In this document: positions 15,825 to 26,700 of the stretch, piece by piece
Numbering within the stretch: position 1 is the stretch's first letter
Layout of the letters: each line of letters starts with the position of its first letter
DNA from: Anthoceros angustus
Taxonomy: Eukaryota; Plantae; Anthocerotophyta
Length of the DNA stretch: 64,000 bases
Assembly: GCA_010909165.1 (NCBI GenBank)
Contig: MU008158.1
Coordinates: forward strand, 3,497,478-3,561,477
Direction: 5' to 3'
Translations under genes and position numbers: made by a program
The notes under the pieces: model-generated
The model's input: the letters and a program-made list of their open reading frames with translations, nothing else
The model's database searches: none
What the model was told of the DNA's origin: nothing

Positions 15825-16340
15825 CACGCGATTCGTACAGTAACTCGAAGGCTGTTGGGCTGGGCTGGGCTGGGCTGGGGTAGCTGAAAGCTGCAGCTGC
15901 AGCTGCAGCAACAGCAACCGCAACAGCAACACCCGCAGCAACAGCAAGAGCGCTAGAGGCTTGGGAGAAACATTTCCAGCGCTCTGCGCTGCTTGAGACG
16001 CGAAAGCTTCGCGAGCCGCGACGCGAGAGGGAGAGGCCAGGCTTCAGAATCGGGGAATTCTTTGCTCACATGCGCATCTATGTGCACACATGGTCCAAGT
16101 CACGGCATGTTTGCGGCGCAAGCAACCATGCACATAGGACACAAAACGCAAAACTGGGATATGTACATACAGTATGTACATAGAAGAAGAAAAGAATTTT
16201 ATTTAAGTCCACTAAGGACGGATTTCCGTCATGGGACTCGGTACATAACTTCCCAGGTATACATACCTCATTAATGCGCCAGGTAAGATGCTTTAACTCA
16301 GGACTCCAGGAAGCGACCGGCCTGCTCCCTGCCCTTGGAG

Positions 16341-16520
16341 CCTGGAGCTGGTGCCTGGTGCCTGGTGCCTGGTGCCTGGTGCCTGGTGCCTGGTGCCTGG
16401 TGCCTGGTGCCTGGTGCCTGGTGCCTGGTGCCTGGTGCCTGGTGCCTGGTGCCTGGTGCCTGGTGCCTGGTGCCTGGAGCCTGGAGCCTGGAGCCTGGAG
16501 CCTGGAGCCTGGAGCCTGGA
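16341..16520. repeat. 7-bp VNTR: (CCTGGTG)17 followed by (CCTGGAG)6
   Basis: Perfect CCTGGTG units at 16354-16472, then CCTGGAG units at 16473-16514. It lies between the divergent MATE and MPDU1 starts. Confidence 0.97.
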
Positions 16521-16832
16521 CTCCGAGTCCTCACATTCTCGCAGAAGCCGCGATACCAGGAAGCGACCCACTTTTACCGGGACCGGGGCCTATCGCAACG
16601 TGTCGCGGTCTTTCCGGCCTAACGTGGCTCTCGCCAGGTGTCCCCGTGCCACTGCCAAATCGCCGAAATTGTAATTCTGAGCTCCCCTTCGAGGTGCCGT
16701 CCTCCATCGCTAGGGCAGCGGGCTGCTTGCTCTTCATCCCAAGGCGGGCGGGTGCGGGGATCTTCTTCGCTTGCGGGACAAAGAGGAGCAGCCGGGAAGG
16801 GAAGGGAAGAGAAGGGAAGGGAGGCAGGAGCC

Positions 16833-18200
16833 ATGGATTACTCCGTGGCTGGGATAAATTTCACTTGCCTGGTCGAGTCGGCCCTGGGTGCGCGCATCCC
16901 TCACAAGGAATGTGCGCTGCCTCTCATTTCCAAGCTCCTAGGCTACGCCATTATAGCGGCCTCCACCATTGTCAAGCTGCCGCAGGTCTGTTTCTAACCG
17001 CTTGCTGCGTTTGGACTTTGGTTTTCGATTCAGCGTCACTCACGTTACCCTGCGTCGCAGATTATGATTATCTTGAGGAATAAAAGCATCAAGGGATTGA
17101 GTGTCTCGTCCTTTGAGTTGGAAGTTGTTGGTTTCACTATTGCATTGGCCTACTGCATTTTCAAGCAGCTTCCTTTCTCGGCGTATGGGGAACTGTTTTT
17201 TCTTCTCCTTCAGGGTATGCACTGCTTGTATGTTGTTACCGCCTTCCCTCTGCCCGGACTGTAGTGTAGTGTACTCACAATCTACTCTTGTTTTGCTTGC
17301 AGCAATTGTTCTCATGTCTCTCATTTACTACCTTTCTCCATCGCTTGGAGTTTCGGTGTGGGTCAAGTCTGCCATGTATCCTACTTTTCAGCTGCAAGTC
17401 CTCTTTAACTTGTTTGATGTGTCATCACGATAGCAGTTGTATGTCGGAATCTTAACGAGTTTCTAGATACTGTGCCGTGGCACCATCTCTTTTGGCTGGT
17501 AGATTCGATCCTGTCGTTTATGAGACGCTATATGTCAGTGCTTTCCTACTCCTCACCTCCGTTCTTTCACTTCTGCGCAACCCTTAGCTCATCACAGCGC
17601 CTGTGGATGGAATCATAACGTTCCCTGCCCCCACTGTTAACAGGCCTGCCAACATGCTATCTTTTTCTTCTCCAGACTACCTCAAATTTATTCCAACTTC
17701 CAGGTATCCAGCTCTGCTTTCTTTCAGCCTATGCGGATTTGGCAGCGTCCTACAGCCTGCTTCTTCTGTCTTCCAGAGCAAAAGCACAGGGCAGCTAAGC
17801 TTCTCAACCAATTTCATGAGCTTCGCTGGTTGTGTCGGTAAGCATTTCTGCAATTACGACCTCATTCCTGGTGAAAAATCCTTCTTTTTTCTTGTACCCG
17901 CTCTTCTATCAGAACTGACTGCTGGCTTCCTACACAGTTCGGCTCTTCACGAGCATACAGGAGGGTGCTCCTTCCAGCAGTATCCTGAACGCCAGTCATT
18001 TTGTCGCTTTTCATTTTTTTGGCGTTTCAACCAATTACAGCTTGTTGAGCCATGTCTGACGAGATGCAATTGCAGGCTTTCCTTGATACACGGCAGTGAT
18101 CTTGGGAAGCCTCTTGGGCTTCGTCACCAACGGCACCGTCGTACTTCAAATTGTGGCGTACGGAAATAGGGTAAAGGATTCTAAAGAAAAACGAGCATAA
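16833..18200 (+). CDS. MPDU1: Mannose-P-dolichol utilisation defect 1 homologue (PQ-loop protein), multi-exon
   Basis: [12 protein letters not shown]...[23 protein letters not shown]|[44 protein letters not shown]...SKSTGQLSF...[14 protein letters not shown]; TAA at 18198-18200. Confidence 0.93.
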
Positions 18201-18317
18201 TCCAGCAACAGGTAGGTAGGCACTGTAGTAGGGGTAGGAGGGTATAGCGGAATCAGTAATTTGAGATTGAGATAGCCGGATCCGGCGTCGCTGATATGTA
18301 TTGCCCGGTATGTTTTA

Positions 18318-19385
18318 TCAAGTCTCAAACTTCGCATGTGCAAAGTCCCCAAAGTCATCCGAATCCACGTCATCAGGAGACTTAGGCAAGGGCTTTATGC
18401 TGGGTCTCTGGCCAGGATTGAATGGCCTTGCCGGCTGAGAAGGAGAAGGCTGGGAATTGGAATTGGATGTTTTGGGCGGTCCAGACTGTGTGAAGAGATT
18501 CGGCGGTGGGAGAGCACGCTGCCCACCTGTGTCGAGTGCTGGGCTGGATGATGCACTATCATACTGGCCTAAGCTACCAACACTGCTTCTTCTGGAAACG
18601 GATTCGACCAGCCTGTCTCCGACGTTGTCGGTGTTACCTGTCAAGAGATCCTGAAAATCCACAGCTCTGTCTCTGCCAGAACTGGATCCGGCACCCGCGT
18701 TGAGTGAAGCTCGAATTCCCGGCAGGAGCATCTCCATGTTTTGCGATTGGAGGGATGGCCTCTTCACTGACAGCCTCGGACGCCTTGGTGTGTACTCTGG
18801 AGCCTACAGGAAATTGACAATTGACACGGCAGCACAGTAAGTGTTTGCGGACCGTTTTCCCAGCCTACCGCAGGCGCTGGATAGGGTTTTACCTGAGGTG
18901 CAGGTAGATCTCGAGGACAGAAGAGCTTTCTCTCATATTTGTCTCGGATCCAGGCCTCCACCGCCTCAGTGGAAGAATCCGGGGTAGGCTTCAACCGCGG
19001 TGATCCCTGTGGCACGTTGCCTGCGGCGAAGGCAACCGTAGAGTCATCACTGCGGGCACAAGGGCGACTTGCTGCAGAGGAAATTCACAATGAGACAACC
19101 GTGCCTACACTCCCAGTAAGAAGAAGCAATAGCATTGCCGATGGTGCGCATCCGATGGACTTCTTGAGGTGTCCATTTGTCAAGGCCAATGCACTTGGTG
19201 CGGGTGATGTGCGCACCAATTCGACGATGGATACCGTAGCATCTATTGCACAGAAACACCGCTAGCGTGATGGAAGCGAAGCGGGGATACTTGGCCCCGC
19301 AATCTGCACAGGAAGAATTGGCAGGCGCAGCCAGCACCTGCCGGAGCTCAATCTCCTCGGCTGACTCTGGCTCCTTGTGGGACAT
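18318..19385 (-). CDS. ArfGAP domain protein (SMAP/AGD-like), 3 exons
   Basis: C-x2-C-x16-C-x2-C zinc finger (CADC...CNRC) with catalytic HR. Spliced join YWE-C-NVPQGSP...EAWIRDKYERKLF. Low-complexity C-terminus ends DDFGDFAHAKFET. Confidence 0.9.
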
Positions 19386-19504
19386 CTTTCCACCTCCAGT
19401 CCAGTCGTCAGATCACGCATTCCAACTGCCACTGGATGGTATCACGTGTCCAGCTACAAAAACTTAACAAGTACCCTTATAGGAGCACCCCGTTTCCATC
19501 GACG

Positions 19505-20230
19505 TGGGGCAGTCACGCAGTTAGCGGCAATAACATCACCAGCACTACGCCTGCAAGTAGCCCGCGGACCTTCCACGGGACGATTTGCAGTCAGGACATC
19601 TGCTGCTCTTTATTCCAGCAAGAGTATCCGAGAATATATGAGAGATTAAAGAGAGTTTCCCATCTTTGCCTAAGCTAGGAGCTTAACTCTCTCCACTCGA
19701 TCTTCTCCTAAATAACTCTCCTCTAGCACGCTCACACTCTAGGCTCCCAGAACCTGTAGGCACCTCCGTCCTATCCTCACAAGAGTGTTGCCCTAAGTGC
19801 TAGGATCCTCCTAGATATGCTCACACTCTAAGCTCTCAAAGCCTATATGCACCCTAGTCCTATCCTCACGAGTGTGGCTCCAAATGCTAGGATCATAGGA
19901 TGATCTTCTTTAAGTCTAGCCTCATATCCTTTTATAGGGAGGCTTACATCATTCCAAAAGTAATTGCCTAAAGCAAGTTTGGGTAACATTAGAGGATATT
20001 CAGAAAGGATCTTGGACGATCACTCCATATGTTGGCTATCACTGAGGTATTTGCCTTTGCCGTTCCAAGAATTAGTGGCTCCATCTGAGGCTCATCCACT
20101 ACGGTTCCCAACACAGGAGCCTTCTCTTTCTTCCACCATATTCTCTCTGCTCTGCCTGGCTCTTTAGGATCGACCATCTCCAGCCAGCGCCCTAGCTAAA
20201 AGATGCTTCAACCTGGCTCTTCAAGTAACA
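19505..20230 (-). mobile_element. LTR (TG...CA on the minus strand) preceded by a polypurine tract
   Basis: On the minus strand, PPT-like GAAAGGAGG is directly followed by TGTTAC at 20230 and the unit ends ...GCCCCA at 19505. TATA box CCTATAAAAGG at 19928-19938. A second copy of the same sequence lies at 20248-20730. Confidence 0.65.
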
Positions 20231-20247
20231 CCTCCTTTCTAGCAAGG

Positions 20248-20730
20248 TGGGGCAGTCATGCAGTTAGCGGCAATAACATCACCAGACACCAGCACTACGC
20301 CTCCAACTAGCCCGCCGTCCTTCCACGGGATGACTTGCAGACAGCACGTCTGTCGATGCTCTTTATTCCAGCAAGAGTCTAGAAGAATACATAAGAGATC
20401 AAAGAGAGCTCCCCATCTTTGCCTAAGCTAGGAGCGTAGCTCTCTCCCCTCGATCTCCTCCTCAACAGCTCTCCTCTAGCACGCTCATACTCTAGGCTCC
20501 CAAAACCTGTAGGCACCTCAGTCCTATCCTCACAAGAGTGTAGCCCTAAGTGCTAGGATATCCTAGCACTTAGGGCTACACTTTTGTGAGGATCGATCCT
20601 CCTAGACATGCTCACACTCTAGGCTCCCAAAGCCTGTAGGTACTCTAGTCCTATCCTCACAAGAGTGTAGCCGTAAGTGCTAGGATCCTCCTAGACATGC
20701 TCACACTCTAGGCTCCCAAAGCCCGTAGGT
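20248..20730 (-). mobile_element. Second, truncated copy of the same LTR, with ~100-bp internal subrepeats and a 68-bp palindrome
   Basis: 20247-20560 aligns with 19504-19810. The subrepeat GCTCACACTCTAGGCTCCCAAAGCC...CCTATCCTCACAAGAGTG recurs several times. Confidence 0.7.
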
Positions 20731-20951
20731 ACTGACAGACACTCATTTAAAACTTTCTCACCCACATATGATGCCAATCAGTGGGCTTTCCATCAAAGGC
20801 TTGGGCAGCTCCCAGACGAGTCTTCACTTAGACCGTTCCGCAAGCTGTCTTCTAATGTTGCAAGCAATCTGTTTGGTTCAGCCAATTGCACAAACGGTAG
20901 AGAGAGGTGCCCTACTGAGAATCGTCATAGCCATTCCTCGTGTCATTGTTG

Positions 20952-21108
20952 TTCTGTCTATAACTATGAAATGGGTCAAGAAACATCTTGTTTAAAAGAG
21001 CTTCTCTTGAGGATTGTAGAACATATTTTTCTGTCTATAACTATGAAATGGGTCAAGAAACATCTTGTTTATAAGAGCTTCTCTTGAGGATTGTAGAACA
21101 TATTTTTC
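20952..21108. repeat. 77-bp tandem duplication
   Basis: 20952-21028 is nearly identical to 21029-21108. Confidence 0.85.
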
Positions 21109-21240
21109 CGGAATTGAAAGCCCAATATTTTACTAATGAAAAGAAATAACTACATTCCCGTTATTTTCCTTCAAAAAAATGCCCATAAGCGCTGGTCGTT
21201 CAGGGGTTAAACCCCTTGCGTACACACATGATCTCCAAGC

Positions 21241-21550
21241 AGCAATCAACAAGCCATAATAATTGTTGTACGCAAGCAATCAACAAGCCATACTAATTGT
21301 TGAATATCTAGAAAGGCGGGTATTGCTAAGAGCTTGTTGACGTTTTGTATTTTTAGAGTTGGATTTATAACGTATATATAATTTTTTTTGTTGAATTTTT
21401 GTTGTTAATAATTGTTGTCTTAGCAGCAATCAACAAGCCATAATAATTGTTGAATATCTAGAAAGGCGGGTATTGCTAACAGCTTATTGACGTTTTGTAT
21501 TTTTAGAGTTGGATTTGTAACGTATATATAATTTTTTTTGTTGAATTTTT
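21241..21550. repeat. ~150-bp tandem duplication with a 34-bp partial third copy
   Basis: AGCAATCAACAAGCCATA... starts at 21241, 21275 and 21425. Confidence 0.85.
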
Positions 21551-22199
21551 GGAGTTGTCATCTTATAGAGAACTTGGATCAAGTATTAACCCCATAATGT
21601 CCCGAGTCTAGGGCTATTTTCTCAATTATTAAATCAATAATATCTGTTTAAGTTTACTTCCCCCATTTTCCGGTTACCGCCCTAGAATGATAGTCTTCAA
21701 TAGTTATTCACCGTTGGCTGGATGTGCCAGCACCCCTTCCATTCTAATCATGGGGATTCCCATTTCATGATCAATCACTATCCACAAAATGGAACATTAG
21801 GATTGGCCTTCTAATGTGTATTGCCAAAAATTAACTAGAAAGAGGCGAAACCGGAGAGCAAGTTGATTTCGCCCTAGAAGCACCCACTGGAAGGCTGGCC
21901 TTTTCTATCAATGTAGATAAGCATATCTACGCTAGATGCAATTAGTTTCGTAAAGAGCGGTGAAGTCTTATTTTTGAGTTTCTTTATACCCACACACTCT
22001 CTGTCATGGCGCATTCCTATTACATACATCCATGAAAAACCCCGCGACCCATGTATTAATAATGTTGAATAATTATAACTTGTAATGATAGGTTATACGC
22101 CTTGCCTGTCCCAAGCCCTTGTATGCCTTGCAACGTCCTTGGCCCTTGTATACCTTGCCCGTGCTTGGCCCTCGTAACCTAGGTCACGAGCTTGCTTAC

Positions 22200-22880
22200 C
22201 TCATGTCTTTCGCGAGCGATGGCGAACATGACATCGCGGATGGCATCGTGAGTGGCAATGCGATGACCTTTATGGGGACAATTACGAGCAAGGTGTACCC
22301 CAGAATCATCGAGGGCAGAGCCGCACTCGCAAGTAAGGAGCGAAGAAGCCACAGGCTGGAGCAGGCCAAGACGGAATCGCATCGCAGTAGTGAAGGTGGT
22401 TGGTGCGATGTGAAAACCCCATATGCATGGGCAGGCCAGTAGCCAAGCACCTGCGCCCTTCCCAGAACAAGAGCGGAGCTGCGCTCTTGTGGACCTGGGG
22501 ATGGAGGGGTCCTGGAGGACAGATCGGAAAGCCTGGCCGAGCTGCTTCTCGAGCAGGGATGCCTGCAACCCCCTGAAACCATCAGTAATAAATGTCGAGA
22601 AAGGAGGGAAGTCCTTCCGAGCATCCACTGATAACAAGTCTCTAGCCTGCCTCAAGGACGTTTGGAGAGAGCAGGTTCCCTCCTCCACACCTGATACAAG
22701 ATCCTCCAGAAAGGGCCTATCATGGAGGATGAAGCGAGAAGCCAAAGCAGGGGCAGAGAGGGCCCAACTGCCCAGGAAAGCCGCCGGGGAAGAGACCTCC
22801 ATCGAGAGCAGACCTGTGCCTCCAAATTGCACAGGGATACCAACCGCCCTTTTGACCCCTGAACGACCAAGAGGCCCAAA
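22200..22880 (-). mobile_element. CRE-like (RLE-type) non-LTR retrotransposon, post-RT region and CCHC knuckle
   Basis: GIPVQFGGTGLLS...SPAAFLGSW...SCSGKGAGAWLLACP...RFRLGL...CECGSALDDSGVHLARNC...THDAIRDV, the typical CRE-clade C-terminal series. Confidence 0.85.
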
Positions 22881-23550
22881 TTTGGAACTTCGGCATACTG
22901 AATGGGGAAATTTTCGGAAAAAATCATCGGTGTGTTCGCCACTCGAAGTGCTCTCTTTCCATCTAAAGAACACACCCAAAAAAAAAAAACACAACAAGAT
23001 TCACCGAAAGAAACGATGAGAGATTGCATAAGAATCACCATAGCTGCTTCTGTCCTCTCCAAAACTCTAGGTCCCTTGTGTTTTCTCTCGCCTTCCCCAT
23101 AGACCACAACAACTCAAGGCCACATTGTACAGTGCCAACATGGATGCATCAAACGCTCTAGTCTCCAATGGAACTACCAGTTGCATGATCGGGCTCGCTT
23201 GTCACTACTCCCGCCCTCACCGGGTTCATAACCAGCCAAGAATGGTTGGTGGGCATGGTGGACTCCAACTATTCACGTCCACCGACCCGGCCAGCACAAT
23301 CACCAGCCTGCGGAGCATGGGGACTTCGTAGGTAGTGCCGGTGGGCAGAAGACTAGGAGACCTGGAGCGATTGGCGGGCAGGAGCCGGTTGTTGCGTTGT
23401 GGCGGTTGGGGGTGTACGTCGTGACAAGGAAGCTAGCCAATACAACATGAGCATGTGGCATCCAAATTGAACCACAACAGAGTGCTTGTGCTTTTGTGGG
23501 TTAGCTTGCATGGATGTGTCTTTTTTTGTCTCCCAGGAGACTGGGAAGTT

Positions 23551-24783
23551 TCATTCAATTTGTGAAGGGCTTATTTGTTCACAACGGCAGAATTCAATCT
23601 TCTCAGCAAAACAAATATGACTAGTGGCTCCAGAATCTAAAAACCAAGTTTCTACTTGAGAATGGACAGATGAAAGACAAACAGCTAAGATTGTGGGTGA
23701 CTTAGCTTTTGTTGTTGTGACATTTGATTCAGGGAGACTTGTATCTCGTCGAGGCTCACCGGCCTTTTTCTTCCGGCAATCCTTCTCAATATGGCCGGGT
23801 ATCTTGCACCAATAGCAGGTCATATTTCTGCTTTGGTGCTGCTGTGGATTATATATGGAACGCTGAAAATTTTGGTTGGGGAAGCCACGTCCCCTGCCAC
23901 GTCCTCAAAAGCCCCCTCTGCCTCGAGAAGTGAACAAAATTCTTGAGTTTGATTGACCACTTGAGCTAGCCTTCATTTTATTAAGTCCACAAGTCCTCTC
24001 CTCTGCTAGAAGAGCTCCAAACACCTCCTGAAGTGTAACAGCAGGAGTTGCACCTGCAATTGTTGTTTGACTAGCCGTCCTTACAATGGCGCTTTGTGCG
24101 CTTACAAAAGATTGATATGCTTCAGGAAGAGTAGCAAGTAGGCTGACAGCAGCCTGAACTTCACTTAAATCTGTTTCACAATATGCAAGGTTAGTACGAC
24201 AAGTGCGAAACCTGTTGATATACGACTCCACAGTCTCATTGTCTTTCATACGAAGACTAAAAAATTCCCTGAAGGCTTGTACTAGGGAGGCTGAGCTCCT
24301 ATCCTTATAAATCATCTTAAAGTTATTCCACACATCATTTGAAGTGGTAGCACCCAAGGTATGTGTCATCATATTCGATCTAGGCGAAATAATAATAGTT
24401 CTTGCGCCGATCCTTCCGTTGTCATTCAAAATGAGATCGGGCGGCTCTGGGCGAGAGTTCGGACCGTCTACAACCCCCATCAATTCATTTTCTTCTAAAA
24501 TTTGTGACACCCGCATTGCCCATATAGTGTAATCTGTCCCATTAAATCTATCTCTATCCTTGAATTCTATCCTAAGAGGAGTAAGAAGAGCGGGAGGCAA
24601 AGAAGATCCCGACAAGTTTAATCTAGATTGTACAGCTTGTGGAGAAAAATCCCATATAGAATACTCTACAAGAGTTTCTATCTCTAAAGTTTCAAATAAA
24701 TTGCCAAACAATGTATTGAATGCTTCACTGTCATCACTATCATCATTGAGATCAAAATACATAAAAAGAATGATTAGTACCAA
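23551..24783 (-). mobile_element. Ty1/Copia gag-protease fragment
   Basis: RFNGTDYTIWAMRVSQILEENELMGVVDG (gag); zinc knuckle CYWCKIPGHIEKDC; protease WFLDSGATSHIC. Confidence 0.9.
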
Positions 24784-24861
24784 AGCATATTACAACTAAT
24801 GAGGATGTAAAGGATCTAAGCTAGTGTATATAAATTAACTAAAACAATAGCGAAATAAGAA

Positions 24862-24940
24862 GCGCCTTGGTATAGTGGTTAGCGTTGTTCACCACCCGAG
24901 CCACCGGGTTCGACTTAGTCTAGTGTGGCACCTCGGGCTG
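24862..24940 (+). other. tRNA-like Pol III promoter (SINE head or tRNA pseudogene)
   Basis: A-box-like TGGTATAGTGG (24868-24878) and B-box-like GGTTCGACT (24907-24915), 28 nt apart. No complete cloverleaf. Confidence 0.4.
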
Positions 24941-24999
24941 GAATAAAATCCTTTAAAAAATAAGCGGCGATGCGCGTGGCGGTTAAGCGCCTGTGCGTG

Positions 25000-25900
25000 T
25001 GCCATGCGGCCCGTCAGCGTGGTAGCGCCACCAATTTGCGCCTGCCTTGGCTGCCGGTTGTCCGCCTCAATCTGCAGTAGCGGCGCATGTAACCTGCGAT
25101 CGCTCTGCGCCTCCAATTTCCCGCGCGCTTTCTGCGCGCGCTGCTCCTCTACAACGCCCGCTGCTGCATCTACAAGAATCAAGGATACCATAATAGAAAT
25201 CAAGGATTTGGGTCGATGTGAAGTCCATCCTGCTACGGTTCCAAATCACAATTGTGTCTTGTTTGCAGCACGCCCACTTCGCCTTTGAAACGCGATTGCA
25301 AATGGCCAGCAGCACCCTTGAATTGTGAATAGCAGGCTACAGGATCACAGCGGTGCGGGCACCTTCGGGTTGCATCTCCAAATCACAAGTAGCTCCTTCA
25401 TATTGTGACAGTTGACAGCCAGCAATTTCAACGACCTAGGTGTCTCCCCGTCGTGTTGCAACCCCCCATTATCTCTTTTCCACGTTGCTCTATGTGCTTC
25501 AATGTTTGCTATTTTGCCTTATTAGAGGCAAATGGGATGTGTTCCCCTCTTCCATTTTTTTTTTTTTTTAGAGAAGCATAGCTACCCCATGAGGATTAGC
25601 TACATGGGGTATGAGCAGAATCAAGGCTCTGATACCGTAAAGAAGTTGGTAGCCTAGGATCGCATGTGTGAAGATCGTGCAAGAGGTAAGCAAGAGGGAC
25701 AAGAGCAAGTTGGAATCGAAAGATGATACAAATTACACACAAAGAAAGGGTCTTATAAAAAAACGGTTATTGACGGTAATTAATTAACGAATAATAAAAC
25801 TAAACCTAATTTAATTGTAACTGAAATCACCATTATGTTTTAACACATATCTATTCCAAAATAAGCTATATTCCATTACTCTATGCTCCAGGGCTAGGGC
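25000..25900 (-). mobile_element. 5' remnant of an LTR retrotransposon: LTR, tRNA-iMet primer-binding site and decayed gag start
   Basis: GCTCTGATACC at 25626-25636 is the reverse complement of the Met-PBS core GGTATCAGAGC. An LTR-like AT-rich tract lies to its right. Confidence 0.6.
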
Positions 25901-25920
25901 GGCCATGCTCCTTTTTTCCT

Positions 25921-26700
25921 CGCTCCCTAAGGTTGGGCTTGCGGCCTCCAGGCCTCCCTCTTAGAGAAGCACTATGGGCAGGCGCAGCGGGCCCTTCTCC
26001 AAGATTCCTCTATTATAGAGCCCTCTCGGGCTTGCCTTCACTCTTGCTCGAGGAAGGGCGTAGGTTCCTAGCTTCTAATACAACCCTCCATCTAGGCGTT
26101 CTACATCGCACCCGCAACTTTTTCCACCACGATGCATTTCCGTCTGGGGTTGGTCCAACCATTAGCCTCGCTCCCTAAGGTTGGGCTTGCGGCCTCGTGC
26201 CTCCCTCTTAGAGAAGCACTATGGGCGGTAGCAGGGCCCTTCTCCAAGATTCCTCTATTATAGAGCCCTCTCGGGCTTGCCTTCACTCTTGCTCGAGGAA
26301 GGGCGTAGGTTCCTAGCTTCTAATACAACCCTCCATCTAGGCGTTCTACATCGCACCCGCAACTTTTTCCACCACGATGCATTTCCGTCTGGGGTTGGTC
26401 CAACCATTAGCCTGCTTTCTCCTGACATGCAGTTGTAGGGCCCCCCTTGACGCCTCTGGGACCCACCTAGCCTATTGTCCCACTGGTGGACAGCGCATTG
26501 GTACTCACGACGCCCTCCGGAATGTCATGTTCTCAGTGGCTAAGCAGAGAGGGTTCTTTCCGTACAGAGAGCGCCCTTATACCCTCCTCAACATGATTTC
26601 TCTCCGGGCTGATTTAGTTTTGATACGGGGGGACCAGGTATTTGTGGTTGATGTGGTGGTTACGGACCCTACACGAAACAGTGTTTGTGAGCATGGCGGA
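25921..26700 (+). mobile_element. CRE-like non-LTR 3' region: CCHC knuckle plus restriction-like endonuclease, with an internal ~248-bp tandem duplication
   Basis: FRLGLVQP...CSCRAPLDASGTHLAYC...THDALRNV...RADLVL...VVDVVVTDPTR (PD-D motif). 25921-26168 is repeated at 26169-26413. Confidence 0.85.

Noticed and set aside
16274-17083. Long ORFs (WCLVPGA)n and (APGTRHQ)n
   Set aside because: Products of the stop-free 7-bp repeat; the real CDS starts at 16833.
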